A stretch of 64,000 nucleotides of DNA from assembly GCA_028718185.1 (NCBI GenBank), contig JAQUMH010000001.1:31186-95185 (forward strand), read 5' to 3'. The position numbers were made by a program, and so were the translations under genes. Positions within the stretch are counted from its first letter, which is position 1, and every line of letters starts with the position of its first letter. The notes below the pieces were generated by a model, which was not told the DNA's origin, searched no databases, and was given only the letters and a program-made list of their open reading frames with translations. Of the stretch, positions 40,637-52,899 are shown piece after piece. This DNA comes from Elusimicrobiota bacterium (GTDB lineage Bacteria; Elusimicrobiota; UBA8919).

Positions 40637-42334
40637 TTATTTTATATTTTCTTGTATAGCTTTTTTATATGCATAGAATGCTGGTGTTTCTTTAAAATCT
40701 GTTGTATGTAGATTTCTTCCATAAAAGAGAACATATCCATCAAAATTATTTTTTTGTGCAAAATATATTGTAGCTTTTATGTAATCTTCTGCTAAACTAT
40801 CTAAATACTGTCCAGCATTATCCCAAGTTTCTCCAATCCAAAGTTTTTTATTATTTCTGTTAGGAAGAATTTTTGACTCAATCCAATCTTTATATCCACT
40901 AAGCACATAAGGATTCAAACCAATAACATCTATGCTTTCCACTAATGATAACTTTTGAAATAATACGGTTGGATCATTACTGCATATAGAATTTATTACA
41001 ATACATTGTGGTAAAAGTTGCTTTACTCTTTTGGATAAAACAGAAATAACATTTATCCATTCATCTACCGAAGGACTACCACTTACACGCGTTCCAGTCC
41101 ATCCATAAGGTTCATTAGCTACTATAACATACTCTGGCATATAACGAGGGATTAATGCTTCAATTTCTTGCAGGCATATATCCTTATAGTTTTCAAGGGT
41201 TGTTGGAGTATCCCATTCCTTAAGCCCACGTATATCAAGACAAAATTTCTTATTATTTTTCCTTATTTGCTCAACCGCAGTATCAGTTTTATTAATTATC
41301 TCAGTATTATTATCTTTAAACCAAGTGTAAAAAACATCCAATCTAATTATATCAACCCCTGTATTACTTCCCATATCTATTTCGTTTCTTATATATTCTA
41401 ATGTAACAGCAGAATCTTTTATATTATCGTAACTTGGTGGATCAAACTGAACTGCAAATTTCATCGGATGATAATTGCCAGGTGCATATTTTTCTATAAA
41501 TGCTTTATACTCTGATGTAAGGTATTTTGCGCGTAACGTTCTTTCTAAAGGAATAATATTAATTCTTTTTTCTTTTACTTGTAAATAATCATTGTATAAA
41601 ATATTTGCATCTGCGTCTGAAAGAGGTATACTCATACTAACAAGAGCATTTGTGGATATGTTTATAGCACTATCTACTTCTGCTTCTTTAAGATGAAGGT
41701 TGCTTACATCTTCAGAAGAGAATTTATTTTCTAATCCTAACAATAAAGTGATAGGATATACCCATTTTACCCTAACCCAGTAACTTAACACGCTGTTTTT
41801 ATCAAAATCAACCCATAAGCGTAATTGTTCTTTTGATAATGAGAGAAACAAATCATTTATAGTAGTGTTTATATAATGTTGGTCGTAATCATTTGTTGTC
41901 CATAATATACCGATCGTTATTACATTCACGCTCCGTTGTGCAGTTCCGCCTTTACCATCCGAAACAATACACGAAACAATATAAGTACTTGAAGATGCTG
42001 GTGCAATCCAGTTAACGGATGAACCGCTACCAGAGATCGTTCCACTGGTGCAACTCCAAGTATACGTTAATTTATCCCCGTCAGGGTCAGAGGCAGTGCA
42101 GGTAATGGTAGTTACTGCAACTATATAAACATTTGTAGAATTTACAACAAGTGAAGATATTACCGGTGAGTGATTAGCAGATTTCTCTTCCTTTACTTTT
42201 TTCAGTTCTTTTACTTTAGTTTTAACTGCTGATGTTATTCCCAAATTAGTTTTTGCTACCATACATGTCGTAGGGAAAAAAACTAAAATACCTAAAACCA
42301 ACAAAACCATTTTTACATTAAAACTCTTACCCAT
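40637..42334 (-). CDS. Secreted protein with PKD-like domain and glycoside-hydrolase-like TIM-barrel region
   Basis: Signal peptide; DPDGDKLTYTW PKD-type motif; C-terminal region with WIGETW resembling GH catalytic segment. Confidence 0.5.
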   Translation of the reverse strand: MGKSFNVKMVLLVLGILVFFPTTCMVAKTNLGITSAVKTKVKELKKVKEEKSANHSPVISSLVVNSTNVYIVAVTTITCTASDPDGDKLTYTWSCTSGTISGSGSSVNWIAPASSSTYIVSCIVSDGKGGTAQRSVNVITIGILWTTNDYDQHYINTTINDLFLSLSKEQLRLWVDFDKNSVLSYWVRVKWVYPITLLLGLENKFSSEDVSNLHLKEAEVDSAINISTNALVSMSIPLSDADANILYNDYLQVKEKRINIIPLERTLRAKYLTSEYKAFIEKYAPGNYHPMKFAVQFDPPSYDNIKDSAVTLEYIRNEIDMGSNTGVDIIRLDVFYTWFKDNNTEIINKTDTAVEQIRKNNKKFCLDIRGLKEWDTPTTLENYKDICLQEIEALIPRYMPEYVIVANEPYGWTGTRVSGSPSVDEWINVISVLSKRVKQLLPQCIVINSICSNDPTVLFQKLSLVESIDVIGLNPYVLSGYKDWIESKILPNRNNKKLWIGETWDNAGQYLDSLAEDYIKATIYFAQKNNFDGYVLFYGRNLHTTDFKETPAFYAYKKAIQENIK

Positions 42335-42442
42335 TTTGTTCCCTCCTTTAAAATCACACTTTTTTAGTGACCTTTGTATGTTTAATTTTATTTTACTAAA
42401 AACATAAAACTTGTAAAGCGAAAAAGGGCAATGTGTAAAAAG

Positions 42443-42564
42443 TCACAATTTGAGGTTCACCGAAAAAAAGCAAAGTTTTTTTAGAAATACTGATGGAAAG
42501 AAGCTATAACAGGGTTATCAAGATTTTGTAGGTTGAAAAGCAGTCTTCACAAATTGAGGTTCAC
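42443..42564. promoter_or_regulatory. Pair of 18-bp direct repeats in the 326-bp intergenic region upstream of the PKD/GH gene
   Basis: TCACAATTTGAGGTTCAC (42443-42460) and TCACAAATTGAGGTTCAC (42547-42564), one mismatch, about 104 bp apart. Confidence 0.3.
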
Positions 42565-42660
42565 TTAAAAACTTAGACTTAATCAAAAATGTAATATAAA
42601 TTGATTAATTATTTGGTTAAAAAATTGGGGAGGAATTAAATATAAGACTGAGGGCTCTTA

Positions 42661-43728
42661 TTATTTTGTTTTTTGACTTTTTAATTTCTCCTGATCTTTC
42701 TTCATTTGCTGTACTGTTGCTTTTGCGTCAAGGTAAACATCTTTACCTGATAATTTATATGCTATCATAAATTCATTTTCAGCATTATCAAGTTCCCCCG
42801 TAACTTCATAATATACTCCCAAATTATTATATACTTTGGGATATATTTTTTTAAGCGATGGGTCATTTAATATTTCCATCCAAATATTTTTTGCGTCCTC
42901 CCACATACCTCTTTTAACCAGATCATATGACTGCTTCATCTTCTTATGTCCGCTATTCTCAACATATCTCAATTCAGATACATAATAAGGCGCAATCTGT
43001 TGAATAAGGTAATCTAAAACCTTATTTGCAGCAAGTAATAACATCTTCTCAGAATCAGGAAGATTTGAAGTAGCTTCATCTTTTGCTTTCTCTTCAGAAC
43101 TTCTAAAATCCTTATTAATAGCCTTTTCGGCAATTGATTCGAGACTGAAATATTCCTTCAACTTTTCAGGCTTGTATTCCACCCTTTCCGGCTCTGATAC
43201 AATCTTCTCAGATTTGGATATTGTATGTAAAACCTTACCTGTTTCAGCACTGACTATTTTTAAAATAATATCAACCTTAGCTTCCCGTTGAACAACATAA
43301 TAATTTTTCTTTACCTTTGTTTTAGTTTTTTTATCTTCGTATTCTTCTTCTTTTGCTCCCCCAACATCATTAAAAGAATAATCAATAACATTACCTGATA
43401 TGAACATATCAACCTTTAATTGTTTACCAAGTTTTATTATTTCTTCTGAATCAGATAAGTCTATCTTTTGCTCTTTTGTTGTTTTAGAAGGTTGTTCCTT
43501 TTCAATAATTTCATAAGATTTATTATCTAAAAGTTTTTTGACAAATAAACCAGTAACCACTTCGCTTTTTTTACCTTCAAAATCAAGAACGGATATTCTT
43601 TTTATTCCGGCAAGATAGTTCGTCTCAGCCGGCTTTAAATATTTTATATTAATTTTTCCCGTTCCACAACCAACAATTAAAATTGGAAGTGTGAAAAATA
43701 AAAAATAACTAATTATCTTTTTTCTCAT
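42661..43728 (-). CDS. Lipoprotein (hypothetical)
   Basis: Signal peptide with lipobox LIVGC; ISVLDFEGK segment resembling CsgG/LpoB-like lipoproteins; C-terminal TPR-like region. Confidence 0.5.
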   Translation of the reverse strand: MRKKIISYFLFFTLPILIVGCGTGKINIKYLKPAETNYLAGIKRISVLDFEGKKSEVVTGLFVKKLLDNKSYEIIEKEQPSKTTKEQKIDLSDSEEIIKLGKQLKVDMFISGNVIDYSFNDVGGAKEEEYEDKKTKTKVKKNYYVVQREAKVDIILKIVSAETGKVLHTISKSEKIVSEPERVEYKPEKLKEYFSLESIAEKAINKDFRSSEEKAKDEATSNLPDSEKMLLLAANKVLDYLIQQIAPYYVSELRYVENSGHKKMKQSYDLVKRGMWEDAKNIWMEILNDPSLKKIYPKVYNNLGVYYEVTGELDNAENEFMIAYKLSGKDVYLDAKATVQQMKKDQEKLKSQKTK

Positions 43729-43745
43729 ATGATGGCAAGAATTAT

Positions 43746-44168
43746 TTATTTGCTACCGGATTTTTTTCTTTTTTTAATATCACCAATTACTTTAATACGG
43801 GCAGTAGCGCGTTGAATTGCCGCCTGGATTTGAATTGAATCAATATTAGGTTCTTTTAATTTCTCTTTTGCTCTCATCTTTGAGAGGTTCGCTCTTTCTA
43901 TATCTATCTCTTCTGCTGATTCTGCTGTTTCACATAAAACAACAACATTCTTCGGGTGAATTTCAACAAACCCGCCGGAAATAGCAAGCAACTCTAAATC
44001 ATCACCATTTTTTATTCTTATCTCACCGGGTGTAAGTAATGATAAATAATCTATATGTCCCGGCAAAACCCCTAATTCACCGTTATATGCCGGTACAACA
44101 ACGCTTTCCACGTTGTTGCTATAAGCTACTTTATCGGGTGTTATTATTTCAAGTAAAAATGTCTTCAT
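43746..44168 (-). CDS. atpC: ATP synthase F1 epsilon subunit
   Basis: LEIITPDKV...GELGVLPGH motif. Confidence 0.9.
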   Translation of the reverse strand: MKTFLLEIITPDKVAYSNNVESVVVPAYNGELGVLPGHIDYLSLLTPGEIRIKNGDDLELLAISGGFVEIHPKNVVVLCETAESAEEIDIERANLSKMRAKEKLKEPNIDSIQIQAAIQRATARIKVIGDIKKRKKSGSK

Positions 44169-44238
44169 ATAAATACCACGGAACCGACACGGAACTAATA
44201 CACGGAACTTTTAGCGTTCTTTTCCGCATCCTACTGTT

Positions 44239-45707
<1,469 letters not shown>

Positions 45708-45812
45708 TTATACCTTATGATGATTTTTTAACACCTATTACATTGATTAAAACATATCCCTATTAACTAAAATCTGTGTAATCTATTTTTTAATCTGCGT
45801 AATCAGACACTC

Positions 45813-46655
45813 TTACGCTTCACTCGCATTTACTATTTCCGTCAATTCTTTGGTTATCTGTTGCTGGCGAAGTTTATTTAAATAAAGTGATAGACCATCT
45901 ATAAGTTCTGATGCATTTTTGGTTGCATTTTCCATAGAATTTCTTCTTGCTGCTATTTCCGAAGTATACGCATTAATGAGAATCCTAAAAAACTCTGATT
46001 TTACATATCTACTGAAAAGTTTATCTAAAATAATCTCTTTTGACGGTTCATATATATAATCATATTTTAGTTCATCTACAGGTACTTTTTCTATAGGAAG
46101 TATCTGTTTTATAACAATCTGTTGAGAAAACAGCGATTTATATTCCGCATATATTACATTAAACCTTAAAAGTTTATTAAAAAAAAATAACTTTGTAATT
46201 TCATCTGAAATGATTTCCGCTTGATTGGAAGAAAAATTTTTAAATACATCAAAATAATCATGATTTATTTTTAGCCCGTTCCTCCTGAAGAATTCCCTGC
46301 CTTTTTTTCCTATAACGGAAATATCCAATTCAGTTTGTGGTTTTGATTTTATAAATTCAAAAGTTTTTTTTATTATATTGGTATTATACGAACCACAAAG
46401 TCCTTTTTCTGATGTTATTACAAGAAGCCCTTCGTTATTTGTTATGCCGGCTTCTAAAAACGGATGTGACTTCCCTGTTTTCTTAAGCAAATCAAATAGC
46501 AACTGTTGGATTTTTTGTGAGTAAGATTTTGTTGAATTTATTTGTTGTTGTAATTTCTGAAACCTTGCGGCAGAAATCATCTGCATCGCCCTGGTTGTTT
46601 TCTGTATTGATTTAGTTGATTTTATCTTTTTTCTTATTTCCCTTAAAGTCGCCAT
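45813..46655 (-). CDS. atpG: ATP synthase F1 gamma subunit
   Basis: MATLREIRKKIKSTKSIQKTTRAMQMISAARF N-terminus and C-terminal NASEA. Confidence 0.9.
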   Translation of the reverse strand: MATLREIRKKIKSTKSIQKTTRAMQMISAARFQKLQQQINSTKSYSQKIQQLLFDLLKKTGKSHPFLEAGITNNEGLLVITSEKGLCGSYNTNIIKKTFEFIKSKPQTELDISVIGKKGREFFRRNGLKINHDYFDVFKNFSSNQAEIISDEITKLFFFNKLLRFNVIYAEYKSLFSQQIVIKQILPIEKVPVDELKYDYIYEPSKEIILDKLFSRYVKSEFFRILINAYTSEIAARRNSMENATKNASELIDGLSLYLNKLRQQQITKELTEIVNASEA

Positions 46656-46791
46656 AATAAAAAATTACTTCTGCTGTCATTGCGAGAGCCAATTTATTGG
46701 CTCGTGGCAATCCTGTCTTAGACGGACTACATTTTACGAGATTGCTTCGCTAACGCTCGCAATGACAAATTACGAGATTTTTCAATATACA

Positions 46792-48291
46792 CTATTTAGA
46801 TTTATACTCTTTTATTGCACTATCTATTTTCTCATTAAGTTCTTTCGAAATTTCATTTTTCTGTCTTAATTCATCCAATATTCCAGGATATTTATTTTCA
46901 AAATACTCATATAATTCATTTTCTGTTTTTTTCACTTTTGATATTTCTATGTCATCAAGATACCCGCCAATACCTGCAAAAATAATAATTACCTGTTTTT
47001 CAATTGGAAGCGGATTATATTGGTCCTGTTTCAATATTTCAACAAGTCGTTCGCCCCTGGTTATTTGCGCTTTTGTTGAGGCGTCTAACTCAGATGAAAA
47101 CTGGGCAAATGACGATAAATCGTTATACTGAGCAATTTCAAGTCTAAGACGACCGGCAACCTGTTTTATTGCCTTAGTTTGTGCATGCCCTCCTACACGG
47201 GAAACCGATAACCCGACATTTACGGCAGGACGGATACCTGAATAAAAAAGGTTACCTTCTAAAAAAATCTGACCGTCAGTTATTGAAATGACATTTGTAG
47301 GAATATAAGCTGAAATATCACCTGCCTGGGTTTCTATTATAGGAAGTGCAGTTATAGAACCACCGCCATTTTCGTCGGAAAGTTTACATGCCCGCTCAAG
47401 AAGCCGGGAATGTAAATAAAACACATCTCCGGGATATGCTTCTCTGCCAGGAGGCCTCCTTAAAAGAAGCGATATCTGCCTGTATGCCTGCGCATGTTTT
47501 GAAAGGTCGTCATATACAATAAAAACATCTTTACCTTGCCACAAAAATTCTTCCGCAATCGCACAACCGCTATATGGTGCAATATAAAGAAGCGGAGCAG
47601 GGTCAGAAGCAGAAGCTGATACCACAATAGTATATTCATCTGCTTTATTTTTCTTTAATGTTTCAAAAATACCTGCTATAGTTGATTGCTTCTGTCCTAT
47701 GGCAACATATATACAAATAGGTCTATTTTTAACGTTCTTTTGATTTATTATTGCATCTATCGCTATTGCTGTTTTACCAATCTGCCTATCTCCTATAATC
47801 AACTCGCGCTGCCCTCTTCCAATTGGAATCATTGAGTCAATTGCTTTTATACCTGTTTGAAGCGGAACCTTGACCGGTTGTCTTTCAGCCATATTCGGTG
47901 CAACAACTTCTATCGGTCTTTTCTTGTTAGATTTTGGATTTTCTCTGCCATCTAACGCTCTACCTAAAGGATCTATAATCCTTCCTATGAGCGAATCACC
48001 GACAGGTACTTCCATTATACGGCTAGTTCTTTTTACAATATCCCCTTGTTTGAGAAATTTTTCATCACCAAATAAGATACAGCCTACTTCCTCTTCTTCA
48101 AGATTAAGGGCTATACCCATAATATCATTTGGAAATTCTATTAATTCATTGACAAAAGCATTTTCTAATCCCTGCACCCTGGCAATACCGTCGCCGACAG
48201 TTACAATACTACCAACTTCATTTATAGAAATATCTTTATTAAAAGAAGCAATTTTTGACTTTATTATCTCAGTAATTTCCCCAGTTTTCAT
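46792..48291 (-). CDS. atpA: ATP synthase F1 alpha subunit
   Basis: Walker A GDRQIGKT, conserved alpha subunit. Confidence 0.97.
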   Translation of the reverse strand: MKTGEITEIIKSKIASFNKDISINEVGSIVTVGDGIARVQGLENAFVNELIEFPNDIMGIALNLEEEEVGCILFGDEKFLKQGDIVKRTSRIMEVPVGDSLIGRIIDPLGRALDGRENPKSNKKRPIEVVAPNMAERQPVKVPLQTGIKAIDSMIPIGRGQRELIIGDRQIGKTAIAIDAIINQKNVKNRPICIYVAIGQKQSTIAGIFETLKKNKADEYTIVVSASASDPAPLLYIAPYSGCAIAEEFLWQGKDVFIVYDDLSKHAQAYRQISLLLRRPPGREAYPGDVFYLHSRLLERACKLSDENGGGSITALPIIETQAGDISAYIPTNVISITDGQIFLEGNLFYSGIRPAVNVGLSVSRVGGHAQTKAIKQVAGRLRLEIAQYNDLSSFAQFSSELDASTKAQITRGERLVEILKQDQYNPLPIEKQVIIIFAGIGGYLDDIEISKVKKTENELYEYFENKYPGILDELRQKNEISKELNEKIDSAIKEYKSK

Positions 48292-48309
48292 TTTCTAACT
48301 TTCTCCTTC

Positions 48310-48450
48310 TATTCATCGCGGAGCGAAGGAGTTGTTGAGCAGAACTTCACGGAGTCCCGCTTAAAACATTCAGCGGGACGAGTGAGAGTGCCCCGACGTA
48401 ACGTCGGGGACAACGGTTCTGCGAAACAAGCTTCCGAACGCATATTACTT
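48310..48450 (-). repeat. Intercistronic hairpin repeat element, copy A1 (atpH-atpA spacer)
   Basis: Shares about 110 bp with copy A2 (GAGTTGTTGAGCAGAACTTCACGGAGT.CCGCTTAAAACATTCAGCGG.ACGAGTGAGAGTGCC...GGTTCTGCGAAACAA); two internal hairpins; 3' terminus overlaps last codons of atpH. Confidence 0.65.
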
Positions 48451-48984
48451 ACGAGCGATTTCCCGACTCAAAATACCAACCCTTCCTCTTATACTTCCAT
48501 CAATTACAAAATCCCCTACTTTTATCAACAAACCACCGATAAGCGATTTATCGATTTCTTCGTCAACTAAAATATCCTTATTAGTAATCCTGTTTATCGC
48601 TTTTTTTATTTTTTCAATAGATGTTTTTTCAAGCTTATCGGTAGAAATTATTTTTGCCTTTATAATATTTCTTGAAAGTAAAAATGCATCATTATATTTT
48701 TCTTCTATTTCCGATAAAAGATACATCTTATTCCTATCAATAAGCATATACATAAGATTTAAAATAATTTCAGGCAAATCAGGAAAATTATCTTTTACTA
48801 AATTTATTTTCTCTTCTTTATCCACAAAAGGATTCACTAAAAACCTTACAACATCTTCACTATAAAGAAACTTAATTTCCCTGAATGAATCTTTGATTAT
48901 TTCTATTTGCTTTGTTTCATCTGCTAATTGAAACAACGCCTTTGCATACTTTTTTGAATTGTCTTTCTTCATTAACATCCTCAC
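48445..48984 (-). CDS. atpH: ATP synthase F1 delta subunit
   Basis: OSCP/delta-like 179 aa, position between atpF and atpA. Confidence 0.8.
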   Translation of the reverse strand: MRMLMKKDNSKKYAKALFQLADETKQIEIIKDSFREIKFLYSEDVVRFLVNPFVDKEEKINLVKDNFPDLPEIILNLMYMLIDRNKMYLLSEIEEKYNDAFLLSRNIIKAKIISTDKLEKTSIEKIKKAINRITNKDILVDEEIDKSLIGGLLIKVGDFVIDGSIRGRVGILSREIARK

Positions 48985-49514
48985 CGCTGCTCAGAATAGG
49001 CGGATATATCATTTAAAAACTTATCAATAAGCTGCTTTTGAGTACCTTTATCAATAGTCTTCTCCATAATTTTTTCAGCAATAGAAATAGCAATTGGAAC
49101 TATCTCCCGCCTTAAGTCATCTTTAACCAAATCTCTTTCCTGTTCAATTTGTTTTTTTGCTATCTCAAGAATTTTCTTTGCTTCCTCTCTAGCTTCAGTT
49201 ATTATCTTTTGCTTATTTTCCTCACCGGAAAGAGTTGCTTTTTGAAGAAATTCCTGTGCCTTTTTATCAATATCTGCTACCATCTGTTCATACTCAACTT
49301 TTAATTTATCTGTTTGCAATTTCAAACTTTCAGCATCTGAAATGCTTTTGGCAATATCACTTTTTCTCTTTGATAAAACATCAACAAGTGATTTCCATGC
49401 TATTTTCCATAAAACAAAAACAGCAATCAAAAACGTTATAACCTGCACCAGAATAATTTTAAAATCAATATCTAACATAAAAATTCGCGAATAAAACATC
49501 ACGAATATTATCAC
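48981..49514 (-). CDS. atpF: ATP synthase Fo subunit b
   Basis: N-terminal TM helix followed by long charged helix; operon position. Confidence 0.8.
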   Translation of the reverse strand: MIIFVMFYSRIFMLDIDFKIILVQVITFLIAVFVLWKIAWKSLVDVLSKRKSDIAKSISDAESLKLQTDKLKVEYEQMVADIDKKAQEFLQKATLSGEENKQKIITEAREEAKKILEIAKKQIEQERDLVKDDLRREIVPIAISIAEKIMEKTIDKGTQKQLIDKFLNDISAYSEQR

Positions 49515-49594
49515 AAATGTTCACGAATAAACCAACGTCGTTATTCGTGTATTGTTCGTGATGTGTGCCTTTATTCGTGTGCTTCTATTCGTGA

Positions 49595-49960
49595 CTACTG
49601 TACGAAGTACTTAGTAAACGGATTCGCAAATAAAAGTATTATACTTATAAAAAGCACGTATAAAACCAACGATTCAATAAATGCAAGACCTATAATCATT
49701 ACTAATTGCAATTGCCCGCCTGCTTCAGGTTGCCTCGCTATTCCTTCCAATGCTTTTTTGATTGCAACCGACTGCATACTTGCGCCGACAGCAGCAACAA
49801 CTACAAGACCCATTGCCGCTACAACAACTGATGTCTTAAAAAAATCAGCCGCCCCCTGATTTAATACAACCGCTACCTTATCTTCAGCAAAAACAACGCT
49901 ACTCAATAACATAAGAACACAAGAACACAAGAACATAATAACACAAGAACGCCTTTTCAT
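49595..49960 (-). CDS. atpE: ATP synthase Fo subunit c (with unusually long N-terminal extension as drawn)
   Basis: GIARQPEA loop and two TM helices; first about 35 residues are hydrophobic and encoded by ACAAGAAC tandem repeats, true start uncertain. Confidence 0.8.
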   Translation of the reverse strand: MKRRSCVIMFLCSCVLMLLSSVVFAEDKVAVVLNQGAADFFKTSVVVAAMGLVVVAAVGASMQSVAIKKALEGIARQPEAGGQLQLVMIIGLAFIESLVLYVLFISIILLFANPFTKYFVQ

Positions 49961-49976
49961 AACCCTTTCCTCCTTT

Positions 49977-50702
49977 TTAATGTTCCGACTTTACTGCACC
50001 ACCAACATATATTATACTCAAAATCAAAAAAATCAGTGCTTGAACTAGACCAACTACTAAAGCTAATAAAATTATAATTGGTCTTAAAAACAAAGGCATT
50101 ACTAATATCGCTTTAAGCATCCCTGGTAATGAATAAAAGGTAATAATAAGAAATCCTAATACACCTAAAAGCGTCTCTTTAGCGAATACATTGCAAAACA
50201 AACGAAGTGATAAAGAAAAAGGCCTGACAAACTGGCTTATCACTTCAATAGAAAAAATTAATATATTTATAGGAAACATCCACTTTGGAAGACCAGGCAC
50301 AATAAAATGTTTCAAGTATGATATTTTATGTTTAATGAAACCTTGTATATTATAATAAACAAAAACAATGATTGCGAGTGAAATCGGTATATTTATATTT
50401 GATGTCGGCGATATCATTCCCGGAACAATTCCTAAAATATTAGAAATAAAAATGAAAAAAAATATTCCTAAGAAAAGAGGGTAATATCTTTTCGCTTCAT
50501 CACCGATTATAGTGTCTGCTAAATTAAAGATCTGCTCAAAAACCATTTCAAGAAAATTCTGCATCCGATTGGGAACAACCGAAACTTTTATTGTACCCAA
50601 TATTGACAAAATAAAAACCACAAACCATACTATTAATGACATTAAAACTATTGTCGGTAAATGCGGTATATTAAATTCTATTGCTTCTTTAACAATCTGC
50701 AT
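49977..50702 (-). CDS. atpB: ATP synthase Fo subunit a
   Basis: Polytopic membrane protein with conserved Arg region (LSLRLFCNVFA). Confidence 0.9.
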   Translation of the reverse strand: MQIVKEAIEFNIPHLPTIVLMSLIVWFVVFILSILGTIKVSVVPNRMQNFLEMVFEQIFNLADTIIGDEAKRYYPLFLGIFFFIFISNILGIVPGMISPTSNINIPISLAIIVFVYYNIQGFIKHKISYLKHFIVPGLPKWMFPINILIFSIEVISQFVRPFSLSLRLFCNVFAKETLLGVLGFLIITFYSLPGMLKAILVMPLFLRPIIILLALVVGLVQALIFLILSIIYVGGAVKSEH

Positions 50703-50959
50703 CTAATTACCTCAAAACACATAATAAACAAGGGTATCCCAAAACCGCCAAGCACAGCAATAACATTTACTTTCAACTTCAATAAAATATAAAACAAAAG
50801 CAGAATAGTGATAAATTTTATTATTGTCCTGATGAAGTATCTTTTTAAATCCAGATTCTTTGTTGTAAAAAACGTAAATAAAATGTTAATAAGACCCAAA
50901 GATACACCACCCAAAATACCAAATATTACCATTTTATCTCTAAAAATAAACAAAGACAC
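50678..50959 (-). CDS. Small membrane protein, AtpI-like
   Basis: 93-aa hydrophobic ORF immediately upstream of atpB. Confidence 0.4.
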   Translation of the reverse strand: MSLFIFRDKMVIFGILGGVSLGLINILFTFFTTKNLDLKRYFIRTIIKFITILLLFYILLKLKVNVIAVLGGFGIPLFIMCFEVIRCRLLKKQ

Positions 50960-50985
50960 AATTACAACAATTAGCGTTTCAATAA

Positions 50986-51192
50986 TTATTGTTTTTTTTG
51001 AAATATTCTAATCTCCTTAAATACAGAATATATGCCACTCACCATTCCGATTGCTGTAAAAATCACAGTAAAAACCGGATGCGTCTTAAAAATTTTGTCA
51101 AGAAATATTCCGATACCCAACCCGACAACAATAGATAAAACAAATATAAATCCAAAAGACGCCGCAGATATAAAATTATAAATATTCTTCAT
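50986..51192 (-). CDS. Small membrane protein, AtpZ/AtpI-like
   Basis: Two TM helices; ORF track start 51225 is encoded by upstream repeat, internal Met at 51192 more plausible. Confidence 0.35.
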   Translation of the reverse strand: MKNIYNFISAASFGFIFVLSIVVGLGIGIFLDKIFKTHPVFTVIFTAIGMVSGIYSVFKEIRIFQKKQ

Positions 51193-51250
51193 TAAAAACC
51201 ACGAAACCGACACGGAACAAAACACAGAACTGACACGAAAAGTTTAATGT

Positions 51251-52234
51251 TTACCTTATGAGACGACAGAGGTCTCCACGAGACGGTTTTGAACCGCTTA
51301 AAACCTTTGCAGTAGAACCATTGTCGCCAAAATAATCAGCAACCGCTACTTCACCGACTTTTTCTTCTGTTTTACCGATTACCATCCCGGTATCAGGACT
51401 TCTAATCTCTTTTCCCTGGTGATAGACTACTAATTTTGTTCCTATTTTCAGATTAGATTCTTGTCCTGCATCAAGATAGATATTATTTTCATCAACTTCG
51501 GCAACTCTGCATGACCAGGGGCGAGCATTAACCTGAAAAACTATGTTGTCAACAAATTTTGCAATAGCTGCTCTCAACGCCTCACCTTCAAGCGTTTCAT
51601 CATAACCACCTTTTGTCCCCATTCCTAAAAACGAGCCTTTGGAAGATTTTGCTACACCCTTACCCGAATCAATATAAATTATTCTTCCGGTTTCTACTTC
51701 AATTACTCTTATATCAACAGTACATTCTGCAACCTGTTGCTTTGATTGGGTAATAAGATAATCCGAACCTCCGGTTTTAACCCCGAATTGTGAAATAGAA
51801 CCAACAACAATAGCATCAAGTCCTAAAATTTTTCCCATCTGGACAGCGGTGTTTGCATCAGTCATACCTGTTGTCTGAAGTTTTTGTTCTTCCATAACCT
51901 TATCTAATTTTGACCTTTCAATTAGAATAAACTTTTTTGACTTGCCAAGTTCAGTCAGAAGAACATCAGAAGCTGCAGTTCCAAGTCGCCTTTGACCATA
52001 TGCGGTTTTGTTTTCAAACTCAACAACTGATATCTTCTTCTTAGGTGGAATAAATTCATCTTTTGGTTTCTCAATAGTTATCGCCTCTTTTTTCCTCACC
52101 GATGTTGACGGTGCACAAGATGTTAGAAACAAGAGACAAGAGACTAGAGGCAAGAGACAAGATGCAAGATGCAAGATGCAAGAAGACTTTGCCCGCTGAC
52201 TACTGTGTGCTGAATACTGAATGCTGACTTTCAT
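51251..52234 (-). CDS. CsgG-family lipoprotein
   Basis: ISVVEFENKTAYG...LLTELGKSKKFILIERSKLDKVMEEQ resembles CsgG/curli-transport-component-like lipoproteins; N-terminus encoded by tandem repeats. Confidence 0.55.
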   Translation of the reverse strand: MKVSIQYSAHSSQRAKSSCILHLASCLLPLVSCLLFLTSCAPSTSVRKKEAITIEKPKDEFIPPKKKISVVEFENKTAYGQRRLGTAASDVLLTELGKSKKFILIERSKLDKVMEEQKLQTTGMTDANTAVQMGKILGLDAIVVGSISQFGVKTGGSDYLITQSKQQVAECTVDIRVIEVETGRIIYIDSGKGVAKSSKGSFLGMGTKGGYDETLEGEALRAAIAKFVDNIVFQVNARPWSCRVAEVDENNIYLDAGQESNLKIGTKLVVYHQGKEIRSPDTGMVIGKTEEKVGEVAVADYFGDNGSTAKVLSGSKPSRGDLCRLIR

Positions 52235-52236
52235 AC

Positions 52237-52899
52237 CTACCTCCCTGGAAGCGTCTGAATAGAAATGTTTACTACTCCATTCGCTTCTTCTTTTAAAGGA
52301 GAACGCAACGCCTTATCAACTGTTTTCTCAATAAGCTGTGAAGCGAATGCTTTCCCTATATCTTTAAATTCAAATTTTTTATTCGATATCTTTCTTTCAT
52401 CTTCCCATAATAACTGTTCTTTCTTTACATCAAACAACTTGAAATTGGCTTGAACAGTTCTTGCATAATAAAAACCAAGCGTTGTATACTTAAATTCAAT
52501 AACATCGCCATAAACAAGCCCGTCAACATTTAGTTTTTCGCCAAGCTCTTTTATTGTCGCTGTAGGCAACTGTCCTGCGTCGGTAATCCCTAATTCCCTA
52601 AGTTCTGAATCTATTATTTCAAACGATATAGTGTCATAACCACGATTTATTAATCTCTTATTAAAAAGGTATCTTAATAAAACCGGTGCATCTAAATCTA
52701 TTGATTGGTTAGAAAACGGCAATACTGCAACTTTTGCAGGAGGCACATAATTTTCAATTAAATATTTAGCCTTAGGCGCACAACCCCAAAAACCAGCAGA
52801 CAGCACACAAAATACAGCAAACAGTAGTAAAACCCACTTCTGAATCCTGAATTCTGAGTGCTGAATTCTGAGTACTGAATCATCAATTCTGACTTCCAC
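52237..52899 (-). CDS. Lipoprotein (hypothetical, partner of CsgG-like gene)
   Basis: Signal peptide with lipobox FWGC; VAVLPFSNQS segment; first about 20 codons derive from CTGAATTCTGAGT-type repeats. Confidence 0.45.
   Translation of the reverse strand: MEVRIDDSVLRIQHSEFRIQKWVLLLFAVFCVLSAGFWGCAPKAKYLIENYVPPAKVAVLPFSNQSIDLDAPVLLRYLFNKRLINRGYDTISFEIIDSELRELGITDAGQLPTATIKELGEKLNVDGLVYGDVIEFKYTTLGFYYARTVQANFKLFDVKKEQLLWEDERKISNKKFEFKDIGKAFASQLIEKTVDKALRSPLKEEANGVVNISIQTLPGR

Noticed and set aside
51251-52234. Multi-Cys N-terminus (SSCILHLASCLLPLVSCLLFLTSC) of the CsgG-like protein as a novel Cys-repeat motif
   Set aside because: It is encoded by the CAAGAGA/CAAGATG tandem DNA repeat and most likely reflects a mis-set start codon or repeat-derived leader rather than a functional Cys motif; kept only within the general repeat finding.
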